Assembly: GCA_946965045.2 (NCBI GenBank)
Contig: OX337230.1
Location: 4,030,001 to 4,094,000, forward strand
Reading direction: 5' to 3'
Length of the DNA: 64,000 nt
Source of the DNA: Epithemia pelagica
Lineage: Eukaryota; Protista; Bacillariophyta
Made by a program: the position numbers and the translations under genes
The notes under the pieces: generated by a model
The model's database searches: none
What the model was told of the DNA's origin: nothing
Seen by the model: only the letters and a program-made list of their open reading frames with translations
Part shown: positions 22,586 to 33,583 of the stretch, piece after piece
Numbering within the stretch: the first letter of the stretch is position 1
How the letters are laid out: the number at the start of each line of letters is the position of its first letter

Positions 22586-25500
22586 CTCCCCACAACTCGT
22601 CGTTTCAGCCTTGTCATCATTGGATTTGTTGAGGTCTTGAACTTCTCCTTTCCAAAACAACAATGGCTTGAGCATGGGCCAGATAGATACGAAATCCCAA
22701 TGTTTGCTAAGGATATCGGCGGGGTTGGTCTTTCCATCTTTCCAGTAGAATGCAACATACTTTGCTGCGATGGCTTCACGAACTCGGTGGTATGACAGAA
22801 GATGGTGTCTCTTGGATAGTATGGAATGAGGAACGGTTGCATTGGGCACAACAGATCTGTTATCTCCGTACATGTAACTTCGCTCTCGGATAGGTACTCC
22901 AAGGTAGCGGAGAGAATGTCGTAATTCTGTAATCTGATCTATTGCTGTCCTTGCAGCCACGAACTCGGATCCATAGGTAGCAGTTTCCACTGTGCTCTGT
23001 CTCTTGCTGTACCAGTCAATAGGTGTTCCGTTCAACAAATGTAGAACAGCAGTGACGGATTTACCAGTGACTATGTCATGCATGAGATTGGCATCAACAT
23101 AATGAGTTGTAGTAACATAGCGGCCAAGAGGTGTTGGGCAGTCTTCAGGAATACGTTCACTTGCATTCGAATAGACAGTGCGAGTCCAATCAAATTCTTG
23201 GGTAGGAAGACTTGAATAATCAGGCTCTCCAATCCTAAATCTGATTGCGCCTTCTGGGAGATGTGCAAGGTATCCATAGATACGCTTGGCTCTATCAAGA
23301 TGTCCTTTCCTCGGAGCAGCACGAAAGCGTGATAGCGTCATTGTAGCGGTGAAGACGTCGAAACGACCAATAGTGATCACCCATTGAAGTTGTCCAATCA
23401 GAGTTTGGAAATGGTTAGTACCTTCTTCATCAAGGAGCTCAGAATCGTCCAATTCAGGATGGTCTCCACCAATAAGAGGTGTTTTGGCTTTCTTGGGTTT
23501 CTCCTTGAAGATTCGTTCGAAAGTGTCCATCATCTTACCAATGTAGCGTCTTGGATCTGCTACTAATGTTCCATCAGAATCCTTGGTGTAACAACATCCC
23601 AAGTGGAAATCAATAGGTCCATCTCCTTTGAGTTTGAAGTTGTATTTCTCCTTCAGGATCTTGCAGATATTCCCAGGATCAGTAGAAATAATGGCTAAGT
23701 CATCAACGTATACGGCAATGTATTCGTAACAGTCTTCTCCAGGTGCCTTCCTCATCCAGATATCCGGATCTGCTTTGCTTGGTGAAAATCCCATGTCTGT
23801 CAAAACATCGAATAAGACATCATGCCAGCGTGCGCCTGATGACTTCAATCCATAAAGTGCCTTGTATATAATCAGGATGTGACCTTCTAATTCCTTGAAT
23901 TCAGGTCCTGCGACAATGAAAAGTTTCTCCCCTGTCAAGGCTTCCAGATATGCGTTTCCAATATCTGCTCCCCATATTTCCAAGTCATTCAAAGTACCCA
24001 GGAATAAGGCAATGCGGAGGTTGCGAATGGAAACAACACCTGAATAGATTGTCTCAACAGGTTCTTTTGTGAGATGTCCATCTGCGACAAGTCTTGCTTT
24101 ATGTCGTCCATCATGTTTTACGTCAAAGACAAGATGTACACGTATCTTATGATATCCTTCAGGTGCATTGGATACTTTCCCTTTAATGAAGATGGCTTTC
24201 CCAAAATCCTTGAATGTCTTGTAGGACTGGATCTGTGACAATTCTAATTCTGTTGCATCTTGCCACCTTGTGTTGCCATGTTGTTTATCAAGAGTGACAG
24301 CTTCCTCATAATTGCGTGGTACTTGGAATCCAAACTTATACTTGACGGAATGGTGAACTTGTTTAATCCTTGACTGTTTGGCTGCTCGAATGAGACGTTT
24401 GCTTGTTTTGACATAACGTTTCAAATGCTTCCATCCAGGTTCGTTGAGTAAATCATGTTTCTTTCCATAAATTGCTACAGTGATCGGATCATCATTGGCG
24501 ATGAGTGATAAAGGTTCATAGGTAGTCTCCCCAGTTTCCCAATCAACAAGCAAATTATATTTGCTCCCCTTGTAATCTGGATCAGTTGTGTTCAGTGGGC
24601 CTTGATGGGCAATGACGTCCCTGAACCTGAAAAGATTATCTCCAGAGGTTTGAGCTTGGTTATCTCGTTCGATATACTCCATGAGTTGATTATAGGATAT
24701 CATCTCATCAACATCAGAATTTGTCTTTCGGTAGATATACTTGACACGTTCTTCCTGTTTCGTTGCTTCTTCATTAAGATCAATGACTCGTTTGATGACA
24801 CGTGCACGGTGTCGCTCCCCATTTTCTTCTGTGTCGCATAGGAATGTGCGTCCTATCATGTCGTCAAAATCGATCGTGGGCATTGGTTTGGATGGATCTT
24901 CACTATCACTGCGAATGAAGACAGTGTCAGCTTGCTTATCATTGTCATCCTTGTCAGACGAATCCTCCCCTGAAGGTCGATCCACACGTAGGTTAGGTGT
25001 AGTGGATTCAACACGGCGAACGGCAGAACGGTAGATGATCTGGTTATCCTGGGTGAGAATCTTCCAAGTAAAAGAATCACCAACGTTGTGAGCAAAACCA
25101 ACCCAGTGGCCAAGTTTCTCATCAGAAGAAGATGGATATGAACCGGAATTGGGTTCAGCGGGGTCGACACGATAGTAAACCTCATCCCAGAAAGGGAAGA
25201 ACAAGAGATGAGTAATGTCGGGTGGGCGTCCGGAGAGAGCCTCAAGAGGAGTGCGACCGGAGTGGGTGGGTGATGACGTATGGTTCAATAAGTCACAGAC
25301 ATACTCAAGGCAAAGAAGCCAGGTGTTGGCAGGGCAACCAGTGGCATTCATGAGAGCGTTGGTCATACGTTTAACGGTCTGGTAACGGTTTTCAGCCTTA
25401 TTCTGGTGTTGATGATAAGGTTCGGATCGATACTCCCCAATAAGCAAAGTGCGAAGAATGTCTTTAACCTTTTGAGAGATGAGAGATGAACCACCATCAC

Positions 25501-28267
25501 TGATAAGAGTCTCCATGGCACCACGAAACCGGATGTTGTCCTGAAGAGTATTGACAAACTGTTTGGTTGACTTGATCCCATAGATATCAGTAACCAGAGT
25601 ATCTCGACCAACAAAGATTTGTGCGACTTTACCGCCATGGTCAACAGCAGGGGTGTCGGAGAAAACCGAGTCAGTAGCAACGGGTTCATGGCGTCGAGGT
25701 ATATTAAGGACCGGATTGCGAGCCTTGAAATGTTTCTTGAGGGTGTCGTGGTCAAAAGTAATGCTACCATTACGTGTAGTGTGCTTGAACGTATCGGCAA
25801 TAACATCTTCAGATTGCCAACCAAAGAATGGACGGAACTTCTTCCAGTCATACGCTTCCTGGTAACGACGGTGGACAGAGGCATGAAGTGTAGGATCATT
25901 ACCTTCTGCGTCAGCATAGATAGAAAAGAAGGGTGCGTCGTCAGGTCCATGATCGTATGGGAGATCCAAAAGGAGATTGAGGTTACAAACAACACGATCA
26001 GTGTACTCCCCATAGTTGTCATATGGATGGTTCGACATACTACCATCAGTCTTGACGTGTTTCCAATCAGGATCATTGTCAGAGGGTGTGGGAGAATACG
26101 AATGGTCCAGAACACCAGGATCCCATGTGTCGGGTGACGTGAAGATGATCTGAGGTAAGGTATCCATGTCATCGTCGCTGGGGATACCCAAGGAGTGGAT
26201 GTAGGCTAACCCATCCTTGATGTGAAGGGGTATGGCACGACCATCAAGTGTAGTGATGCGTTGTTTACCATCAACTTTAACAGATCGTTCATCAACAGCA
26301 AGTCCGAAATGCTCGAATTGACCAGGAGCATGGATAGATAAGCCCTTCCCATAATAAGCATATTCATTGAAGATGCCGACAATAGGTCCATCATTGGTCT
26401 CAAACTTTGCGGCACATGTGACGACAGGAAGTCCAGTAAGTTCATGGTTATCAATACCCACAATAGTGATATGGCGGCCAGTCTTAGAAAGGATGCGCAT
26501 GTCAGAACCAGCAAGTCCTCCATTAGCACCACGGTCAATCAATTGATTCCCTGGTAAAGTAGATTTCCTGGAAAACAGATAGCGTGGAACATGTCCTGCT
26601 TGTTTATGCATGTTGGCTTTGAAAGTAACCTTCTTGCTCGTCTTGGACTTGGCGTTAGAAAGAACACTAGTCAGGTCAGTTGCCGGGTGATTGATATCAG
26701 TCGTCATGGCTTGGTTGATAAATTGTGTAACCGGATCTGAATCATCTGAATGCTCAGTGACTACGCCAGGTGAGTCGTCATCAGATACAACTTGGTTGGG
26801 ATCAGGATCAGGTTCCGGATCAATGTCGAGGGCATGTGTTTGCACTGTCCTCGGTGTTGTTGATGAAGGTGCTTGAATCATCTTGTTATATTCAATGATC
26901 AACTTGCGATCTTCTTCAGAAAGTTTGAACCATAGGTCACGCGGTAGACTAACCTTGGACGAAGAGGATGGAGATTCAGATGTCGCTTTGGTGTTGTGGA
27001 CATGATACTCCATATCATCTTGTGAGGTTATGTCAGCATCTGTATCTTGGCCATATAGTGATTCATGTTGTTTGACATGTCGACGGCGACTATGAACAGA
27101 TGACTGGGTTGCTTGATCATGGTCATAAGCTGCGTCTAGAAGGAGACGGAAGTATGATTGATAGCAAAGGGATTTTGCACCGGATTTGGTGTTCACCACA
27201 TTATCCAAGATCTTGACTCGGCGGAGATCAGGTACCTTTTCTACAGCTTGCATGAGGAAGGTCATCCTGGTATGATCAGGGATGCGATCAGACAATGTCA
27301 CTAAATTGTCTAGCAAACGTAGCTGCTCTTGAAAGTGTAGAAGAAATTGACGTGTTGTTCCGCGCCATGTGTCGTCAAGACGTAGATTGGAAATGTAGTT
27401 GGTTAAGCGGAGGACTTCTCGCTTTGCTAGGTCGGATTCGGTATGCAAAGAGTGTAACTTCTGCAATACGGCACGCGCATCTTCATCATGTTCATGTTCA
27501 CGTACATAGGCTCGACCTTGGTCAGTCTGAATGATACGGACAAGAACGGAGTAAAGAAATACTTGTTGCTCTTGAAAAAGTTCTTCGGCATACTCATCAT
27601 CATGGGGTGGTGTGTATTTGAAATTCAGAACGTTGGATAGGCCTTGAGCCTTAGCTGTAGTCTTGAATACACGCCAGAATGAATCGTAGTATCGTTCATC
27701 CTTGAATACCTCATATGCAGTTGCGTCGCGCTTAGTTCCCTTTCTGAATGCTGTAAGGTCTTGTTGAGATTGGGATGCGGCAGTAACTGTGCTGACAGAT
27801 TTCACAGATGACGGTGACTTCATTGGCGAGACTGGGACTTGGCTAGGTGGTCCCTTAGAGAAATCTGTGTTGATCCTCCAAGTGTTGAACTCTTTCCTCG
27901 TTAGGTTCATCCAGTCGCTATTGGATAGCTCGTCTTGAATTTCATTGGTCTTGTATGTGGCCCAATAAGCCAAGAGCTTGATCTGCTGTCTTGTGGGGCC
28001 TTGTAGATCATGTGTCTGTTTGTTGACCTTGTATTGTGTCAGTTCCTTCATGGATTCCTCGGTATTAGTTTGCATATACGAGATAACATGGGTAATGTTC
28101 TCAAAACCATGGTATTTCATCCACTTCATTAAGTAGTCAGCCCTTTCTTTGGTAAAAAATTGGCAGACAGTAAATATGATGTGGTCGAATAGGTCTGTGT
28201 CCGAGACATTGTCTTGGTTATCTTCTCCCTTAGGAGTCGTAGGTGTCTTGGGTGATTGAGGATCCAT
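22580..28267 (-). CDS. gag-pol: Copia-2 gag-pol polyprotein, 1895 aa
   Basis: Uninterrupted ORF. Protease LIDRGAN; integrase VATDSVF, LISDGG, NKAENR; chromodomain-like YNLLVDWETGETTYEPL; RT ADIGNAY, YGLKSSG, YVDDL; RNase H YVDAN, GSEF, GDN, ADILSK. The stop codon lies inside the LTR. Confidence 0.97.
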   Translation of the reverse strand: MDPQSPKTPTTPKGEDNQDNVSDTDLFDHIIFTVCQFFTKERADYLMKWMKYHGFENITHVISYMQTNTEESMKELTQYKVNKQTHDLQGPTRQQIKLLAYWATYKTNEIQDELSNSDWMNLTRKEFNTWRINTDFSKGPPSQVPVSPMKSPSSVKSVSTVTAASQSQQDLTAFRKGTKRDATAYEVFKDERYYDSFWRVFKTTAKAQGLSNVLNFKYTPPHDDEYAEELFQEQQVFLYSVLVRIIQTDQGRAYVREHEHDEDARAVLQKLHSLHTESDLAKREVLRLTNYISNLRLDDTWRGTTRQFLLHFQEQLRLLDNLVTLSDRIPDHTRMTFLMQAVEKVPDLRRVKILDNVVNTKSGAKSLCYQSYFRLLLDAAYDHDQATQSSVHSRRRHVKQHESLYGQDTDADITSQDDMEYHVHNTKATSESPSSSSKVSLPRDLWFKLSEEDRKLIIEYNKMIQAPSSTTPRTVQTHALDIDPEPDPDPNQVVSDDDSPGVVTEHSDDSDPVTQFINQAMTTDINHPATDLTSVLSNAKSKTSKKVTFKANMHKQAGHVPRYLFSRKSTLPGNQLIDRGANGGLAGSDMRILSKTGRHITIVGIDNHELTGLPVVTCAAKFETNDGPIVGIFNEYAYYGKGLSIHAPGQFEHFGLAVDERSVKVDGKQRITTLDGRAIPLHIKDGLAYIHSLGIPSDDDMDTLPQIIFTSPDTWDPGVLDHSYSPTPSDNDPDWKHVKTDGSMSNHPYDNYGEYTDRVVCNLNLLLDLPYDHGPDDAPFFSIYADAEGNDPTLHASVHRRYQEAYDWKKFRPFFGWQSEDVIADTFKHTTRNGSITFDHDTLKKHFKARNPVLNIPRRHEPVATDSVFSDTPAVDHGGKVAQIFVGRDTLVTDIYGIKSTKQFVNTLQDNIRFRGAMETLISDGGSSLISQKVKDILRTLLIGEYRSEPYHQHQNKAENRYQTVKRMTNALMNATGCPANTWLLCLEYVCDLLNHTSSPTHSGRTPLEALSGRPPDITHLLFFPFWDEVYYRVDPAEPNSGSYPSSSDEKLGHWVGFAHNVGDSFTWKILTQDNQIIYRSAVRRVESTTPNLRVDRPSGEDSSDKDDNDKQADTVFIRSDSEDPSKPMPTIDFDDMIGRTFLCDTEENGERHRARVIKRVIDLNEEATKQEERVKYIYRKTNSDVDEMISYNQLMEYIERDNQAQTSGDNLFRFRDVIAHQGPLNTTDPDYKGSKYNLLVDWETGETTYEPLSLIANDDPITVAIYGKKHDLLNEPGWKHLKRYVKTSKRLIRAAKQSRIKQVHHSVKYKFGFQVPRNYEEAVTLDKQHGNTRWQDATELELSQIQSYKTFKDFGKAIFIKGKVSNAPEGYHKIRVHLVFDVKHDGRHKARLVADGHLTKEPVETIYSGVVSIRNLRIALFLGTLNDLEIWGADIGNAYLEALTGEKLFIVAGPEFKELEGHILIIYKALYGLKSSGARWHDVLFDVLTDMGFSPSKADPDIWMRKAPGEDCYEYIAVYVDDLAIISTDPGNICKILKEKYNFKLKGDGPIDFHLGCCYTKDSDGTLVADPRRYIGKMMDTFERIFKEKPKKAKTPLIGGDHPELDDSELLDEEGTNHFQTLIGQLQWVITIGRFDVFTATMTLSRFRAAPRKGHLDRAKRIYGYLAHLPEGAIRFRIGEPDYSSLPTQEFDWTRTVYSNASERIPEDCPTPLGRYVTTTHYVDANLMHDIVTGKSVTAVLHLLNGTPIDWYSKRQSTVETATYGSEFVAARTAIDQITELRHSLRYLGVPIRERSYMYGDNRSVVPNATVPHSILSKRHHLLSYHRVREAIAAKYVAFYWKDGKTNPADILSKHWDFVSIWPMLKPLLFWKGEVQDLNKSNDDKAETTSCGEC

Positions 28268-28587
28268 GGTGTTATTTGGTTGGTTCGATGTTTATTTAAT
28301 GTGCGGTGTGATGTGGTTTATTTAATGTGTGATGTGATGTGAACCCGGATGTACCACGTGTGCCACGTATGTACCACGTATGTAATACCCGGATGTGTGT
28401 TGTGATGTGCGACTCCTGGAAATTTCCGTTGATTTCGACAAATTTTCGCCGAGTTTCAACAAATTTTCGCCGAATTTTCGCGATTTGACGGGAATGTGTG
28501 GCGTGTTGTGCGACCAAGGGTACCCGGATGTGCGTTGAGTTTAAGTCTTGGAAAGGTTTTGAGAGGACGGGAGTTAACTATGAGTAA

Positions 28588-29367
28588 TTAAGCTTCGGTC
28601 TCTGAATCCTCACCCTCTTCCGAATGATCAGAGTCGCTTCCAGGCTCAGATGGGGCAGCACAAGCAACAGAAGAAGGGGTATCACCTTCAGCCAGGTGGT
28701 TCTCGACCTCGGTACGCAAAGGGTAGATAGTTGCACGATGGTCCTCGATGGTATGGACCTCGTGGATGTAGGCAACGTAGTTATCTAGGCGTACAACGTT
28801 AGGAGGCAGAGGGCAAGTCGTCGCGTTCACGACGTAGATGGTATTGTAGTATCCAGTTGGGCGCTCGAAGGTTAGGAAGCGGAGGTGGACAGTACGGATG
28901 GGGTTGCCCGAGAGGGCGGCAAAGATGAGGCGACGCCTCGGAGAGCGGTGAAGTTGGTCGTTCAGACGGTCAATGTCTTCTTGGTCGACGATGTGGGTCA
29001 CCGATTGGAACTGGCGTTCGATCTGGGTCTCCCCACGGATGATCTCGGGATCGAAGGTCGAACAAGTTGGTTGGCGGAAGTACTTGATATGATCAGCAAT
29101 CAACCGGGTGGTACGACGGGATCGAGAAGGGACGAGCCGACGAGGCGGACTCGGGGGCCGAAGCAACGGCGCAGGGATCGGAGCGTGAGGCTGGGTTGGA
29201 GTCTCGAATGGGTTGCTGTTGGAACTGTCGACGGAGATGTTGACCGATGTGTTGGCTGCCTTCGGCGTCGGCACCAGTTCCTGCTGCACCAGGGTATCGG
29301 GCTGCCCGGGATGCAGGTTGGCTCGATAGATCTGTCGTACAGGAGTGATAATCTCGTTAGTATCCAT
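28588..29367 (-). CDS. Extra 259-aa ORF of unknown function between the PBS and gag in copia-2
   Basis: ATG 36 nt after the 5' LTR, same orientation as gag-pol. Pro-rich N-terminus, globular-looking centre, acidic tail; no motif recognised. Confidence 0.6.
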   Translation of the reverse strand: MDTNEIITPVRQIYRANLHPGQPDTLVQQELVPTPKAANTSVNISVDSSNSNPFETPTQPHAPIPAPLLRPPSPPRRLVPSRSRRTTRLIADHIKYFRQPTCSTFDPEIIRGETQIERQFQSVTHIVDQEDIDRLNDQLHRSPRRRLIFAALSGNPIRTVHLRFLTFERPTGYYNTIYVVNATTCPLPPNVVRLDNYVAYIHEVHTIEDHRATIYPLRTEVENHLAEGDTPSSVACAAPSEPGSDSDHSEEGEDSETEA

Positions 29368-29392
29368 GAAACCACAAGGAAATAAGCTTTGA

Positions 29393-29403
29393 GACTGTTA
29401 ATC
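29393..29403 (-). promoter_or_regulatory. Copia-2 primer-binding site complementary to the tRNA-Asn(GUU) anticodon arm
   Basis: GATTAACAGTC directly follows the LTR-terminal CA. Its complement GACUGUUAAUC matches positions 30-40 of a tRNA-Asn anticodon arm as recalled for yeast. Confidence 0.7.
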
Positions 29404-30186
29404 TGTTACAATTCTTTCTGAATCGTAGGGACATTGATGCTCGGTAGAGCAGACAATCAGGTAGGTCACCAACCGATACAAGCTTCTCAGGGTCAGAGAA
29501 GCAAGCAAGTCGAAGTCTATCAGAAGGATAGTCGGGACACAAAAGAGGATGTGATAAATGGTGATATTGTTAGATTGTGTGTTGATTACTACGATAGGTC
29601 TACGTGAAATGTTCGGTCCTGCCAAGGGTCATGTATCATAGGTTCTTGGCGGCAACAGGTTTGGAATAGTTGGAGTTGATTCATGTGATGTATATGACAT
29701 GTATATGTGGGCGGATAACATATACAGGGTCAACAGCTCTTGCTTTGGGTTGGCATAGTTGTTTTCATGGCGCGCAGCTTGTTGACAATTTGGAGATTGT
29801 GGGAATGGAAATATGGTCTCGCGTGATCGTGTGTCGTGCTTGGGATACTTAGACCGTTGGATCGGATAGATGCCGATAGCGCTCGGATGTCGCTTGGGCG
29901 CGCTCGATGATTTCGGGCGCGTACGCTTAGGGCGTTAGTACAGTGTCCGAGCAACGGCCAAATTTACGTCCGTTGTAATACCGCACGACCCAATTTAGTC
30001 TTGAGAGTGAGTTCGTCAATCTATTCTCACTTTTCATGATTTGCGAAGAAATATAGGTCGATATAGCGCGAAGCTAGGAAACATAGCTCGAAGCTAGAGG
30101 GCATGATGCGATAGCACGAGGCTATGTGACATGGGGAATCGATGAGATGTAGAATCTAACCACCATAGACGGTGAGAATTCTAACA
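29404..30186 (-). repeat. Copia-2 5' LTR
   Basis: Identical by eye to 21803-22585. Confidence 0.96.
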
Positions 30187-32878
30187 GATGTTACACGCCG
30201 CCACCCATTGGCCCGAAGTTGCAGACCCAACTCTTTGGCCCATGGCCGTCGACCATGCTGTTTTCATCTACAACCGACTCCCCAAGATTGAAACAGGAAT
30301 TTCCCCCATCGACCTCTTCACCAAGACAAGATGGGAGCAACGCCGCTTCCACGATCTTCATGTCTGGGGTGCACCGGCATATGTTCTGAACAAAACAATA
30401 CAAGACGGTAAGAAATTACCACGATGGAAGCCAAGAAGTCAACGCTGCATGTTTGTTGGATTCTCCCAACAACATGCACTCACCGCTCCACTCGTACTTA
30501 ACCTCGACACGGGCACAATCTCACCGCAATACCACGTTGTCTTCGACGACTGGTTTGCAACAGTGGCAGCAACCAACGAAAACTCCCACTCACCACATGC
30601 AACAGTTGACCAAATCTTCGCAAACATGGACAACATTCTGCACTCACCAGGATACGACGATCCATCAGCAGACGACGATTCTCCAAATGACGCGCCCGAA
30701 GCCACTGCCTCCGAACTCACCAAAAACAAGATCTTTGAAGCCATGGAAAACGCGACCCCTCCTGTTCCACTGGAATACGACACCCCTGCCGTCCCACCAA
30801 CTTCAACCACGGCTGCCCCTCCCTTGCCCCACCCAGTCAGTACTCCACGTCCAGTGTCTGCCCCACCCAGTGTTCCGTCGTCGCCTGCCGATGCTCCGTC
30901 GCGCATGTCGACCAATCCTCCTCCCACCACTTTGGCTGCACCGCACAAAATCCCTCCCCTTTCCCTTGAAGATGATTGGACCATGCCCACGGAGCAGAGG
31001 GAGAGTACACCAACACAGGCTCCTCCTGCCCCCAAATCACAACCACCTGAACACAAGCCACAGAGGGAGCCAACCAAACAGAGGGAGCCAACCAAACAGA
31101 GGGAGCATGCCTCTCCAGCCCCTCGTCGATCCGGCCGAAACCGACGTTCACCCAATCGTCTCGTCGAATCCATGGACCCCACACACAAGTCCTACCTTGC
31201 CCACGTCGATACTCTTGACAACCTACCCTTTCAAGCCACAATTGGACTCTTCAAGGCAACCATCGTAGACCCCGACACTCTGAGCTACGATCAAGCGTTG
31301 AAAGATGCAGACCTTCTTCACTGGCGCAAGGCAGCAAAACAAGAAATTGATGAGCTAACAGAAAAAGAGACATGGATTGAAGAGCCACAGTCGGCTGCCA
31401 AAACCAAGATTCTACCAGGCACATGGGTTTTCAAACGAAAACGCCACGCCGATGGAACAATCAAGAAGCACAAAGGACGCTACTGCGTGAGAGACGACCT
31501 TCAAGAACAAGCACCAGACGCCTATTCACCAGTTGTAAATTGGGCAATCATCCGAATTTGCATGATCTACGCCCTAAGTCAACAATGGGTAATGGTATGC
31601 ATAGACTTCAGCAATGCCTTCGTCCAGGCAAAACTCAAGGAACCCATCTGGATCCACATACCACCTGGTTTCAAGTCAACCCGCTCAGAACCCACCTGCC
31701 TACGTCTACTGAAGAGTCTCTACGGTTTGACCATTGCCCCTAGATTATGGTATGAAAAACTCATTGAAGCTCTTTTGGAAGATGGTTTCAAGAAAAGCGA
31801 CTATGACGAATGTTTCTTCATGAAACCAGACATGCTTCTCTTTATTTGGGTGGATGATTGTGGCATCGTTGCACCCACCATGACTCTTGTGGATGCATTC
31901 ATTGAACGACTGAAAACAAAAGGTTTCAAATCGTCAAAAGACTCCGATTTCGCAGAATACCTGGGAATCGATTTCAAGCGGAACAAGGACGAGATTGTAA
32001 TGACTCAACCCGGCTTAATCAAGCGCATCCTCCAAACCACAAAGATGGAAGACTGCAACGGAAATTGGACCCCTGCAGCGCAGATTGGATTGGGAAGTGA
32101 TCCCAACGGACCTCCCATGAAAGACAATTGGAACTATCGGTCAGTGGTTGGTATGTTGTTGTATCTCTCCACCAACACACGGCCAGATATAACGTTTGCC
32201 GTGAGCCAAGTGGCACGTTTTTCCAATGATCCAAAACAATTGCACGCTCAAGCCGTCAAAGCCATCATCCGATATCTCTCACGGACCATCGACAACGGCA
32301 CCATCTTTCGCCCAAGCAAAGATTATCGGCTTGATTGTTATGTCGATGCAGACTTCATGGGTCTGCACGGCCGAGAACCAGAAGATGATCCAACAAGCGC
32401 CAAGTCCCGAACTGGGTATATCATCTTCTTCGGGGGAAGTCCTCTGGTTTGGAAATCTCAATTGCAAAGCGAAATTGCAACGAGCACCTTTCACTCCGAA
32501 TACGTGGCTCTGTCCCAAGCCATGCGAGTTGTAGTCTGGTTGCAAGAAGTCTTGAACGAGTTAAACTCTTGTGTGAGAATCAATCCAAGTGTGCCACGGA
32601 TTACTGCAGAAGTCCATGAGGACAACAATAGTGCTTACCTTGTGGCCACCAACCAACGTCTCACCTCTCGATCTCGCTCGCTAAACAACAAGTGGCACTG
32701 GTTTTGGTCCCAGGTGAAAGCCACAAACGCAACCATTGTGTCCTCGAAATCCAATATGGAAGATCGAACGATTACGATTTCCAAAATTGACACCAAGTTG
32801 CAATGGGCCGACATCCTCACGAAAGGTCTGGCTCGAGAAACCTTTGAGACCATCCGAAAACTAAATCAAGGATGGTGA
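30187..32878 (+). pseudogene. pol: Copia-1 pol, 3' part (integrase C-terminal, RT, RNase H)
   Basis: LHAATHWP continuation, WVFKRKR, YGLTIAPRLWY, WVDD, YVDAD, HSEYVALS, HEDN, ADILTK. The conserved CVRGD motif reads CVRDD. Confidence 0.92.
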
Positions 32879-32904
32879 CCTGTGACACCAAGCCCAAGAG
32901 GGAG

Positions 32905-33406
32905 AGTCGCAGTTTATGTTTTTAGCACCAGTCGCGTTTCCAAATTTGTATTTGTGTTTTGAAATATTGAATTTGCACGACTGGCAGTTTGTGTTGCATG
33001 ACCCAATGATATAAGCCTACATGTCGGAATCCGCGCATGCATAACGCGCAGGATGGGCTTTGGCGCCACAGAACGCCGGGCCACTCGCCGTTTGTGTCTA
33101 CGACACTCATGTTTTGCTAACTAACCTATGACACAACAAACAACAAATGAGATAACTATCGTCCATTTGAATCAAGCTGTGCGTTGCAAGATAGCAGATC
33201 AATTCCTGGAAACCAAAGCGAGGAATCAAAATGAGGAACTCAAGATCACTTTGTTTACTCTATAGCTTTAATCATAATATCGATACAGGAGTTTTTGCAA
33301 CGCAAAAGACTTCTAGGTTGGTGTGGAGACTTGATCAATCTCCACCCCGACTACGCGGTATTCCCCTAGCTATTAGTATACCCAGTGTATGCTAGTGACT
33401 TTGACA
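32905..33406 (+). repeat. Copia-1 3' LTR
   Basis: Identical by eye to 15867-16368; followed by TSD CGCCT. Confidence 0.95.
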
Positions 33407-33583
33407 CGCCTCATCTTTGTGACTTGTGACACTCTCTTACCTCTCACCTCTACCGTCCATCCACCAATCCTTCAACAGTTCATTGTCTGTTGCAGCTTGC
33501 AACACATGTTGTCTGGCTTGATTGTGCGTCTTAATCATCTTCAAAGCCCAGCATCCTTGTCCACCCTGTCTGGATCTACCATC

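Larger units (their letters stand above)
21803..30186 (-). mobile_element. Ty1/copia LTR retrotransposon (CoDi-I-like), copia-2, apparently intact
   Basis: 783-bp TG...CA LTRs at 21803-22585 and 29404-30186, and 5-bp TSD GATGT (21798-21802 and 30187-91). Removing the element restores ATG ATG TTA CAC (MMLH) in the copia-1 integrase. PPT GGGGAG at 22591-22586. Confidence 0.98.
15867..33406 (+). mobile_element. Ty1/copia LTR retrotransposon (CoDi-like), copia-1, interrupted by copia-2
   Basis: 502-bp LTRs, 5-bp TSD CGCCT (15862-66 and 33407-11), domain order gag-PR-INT-RT-RNase H, and PPT AAGAGGGAG at 32896-32904. Confidence 0.97.

Noticed and set aside
29380-29403. tRNA gene
   Set aside because: Only an anticodon-arm match at the PBS position; no cloverleaf. 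No tRNA or rRNA gene was recognised anywhere in the window.
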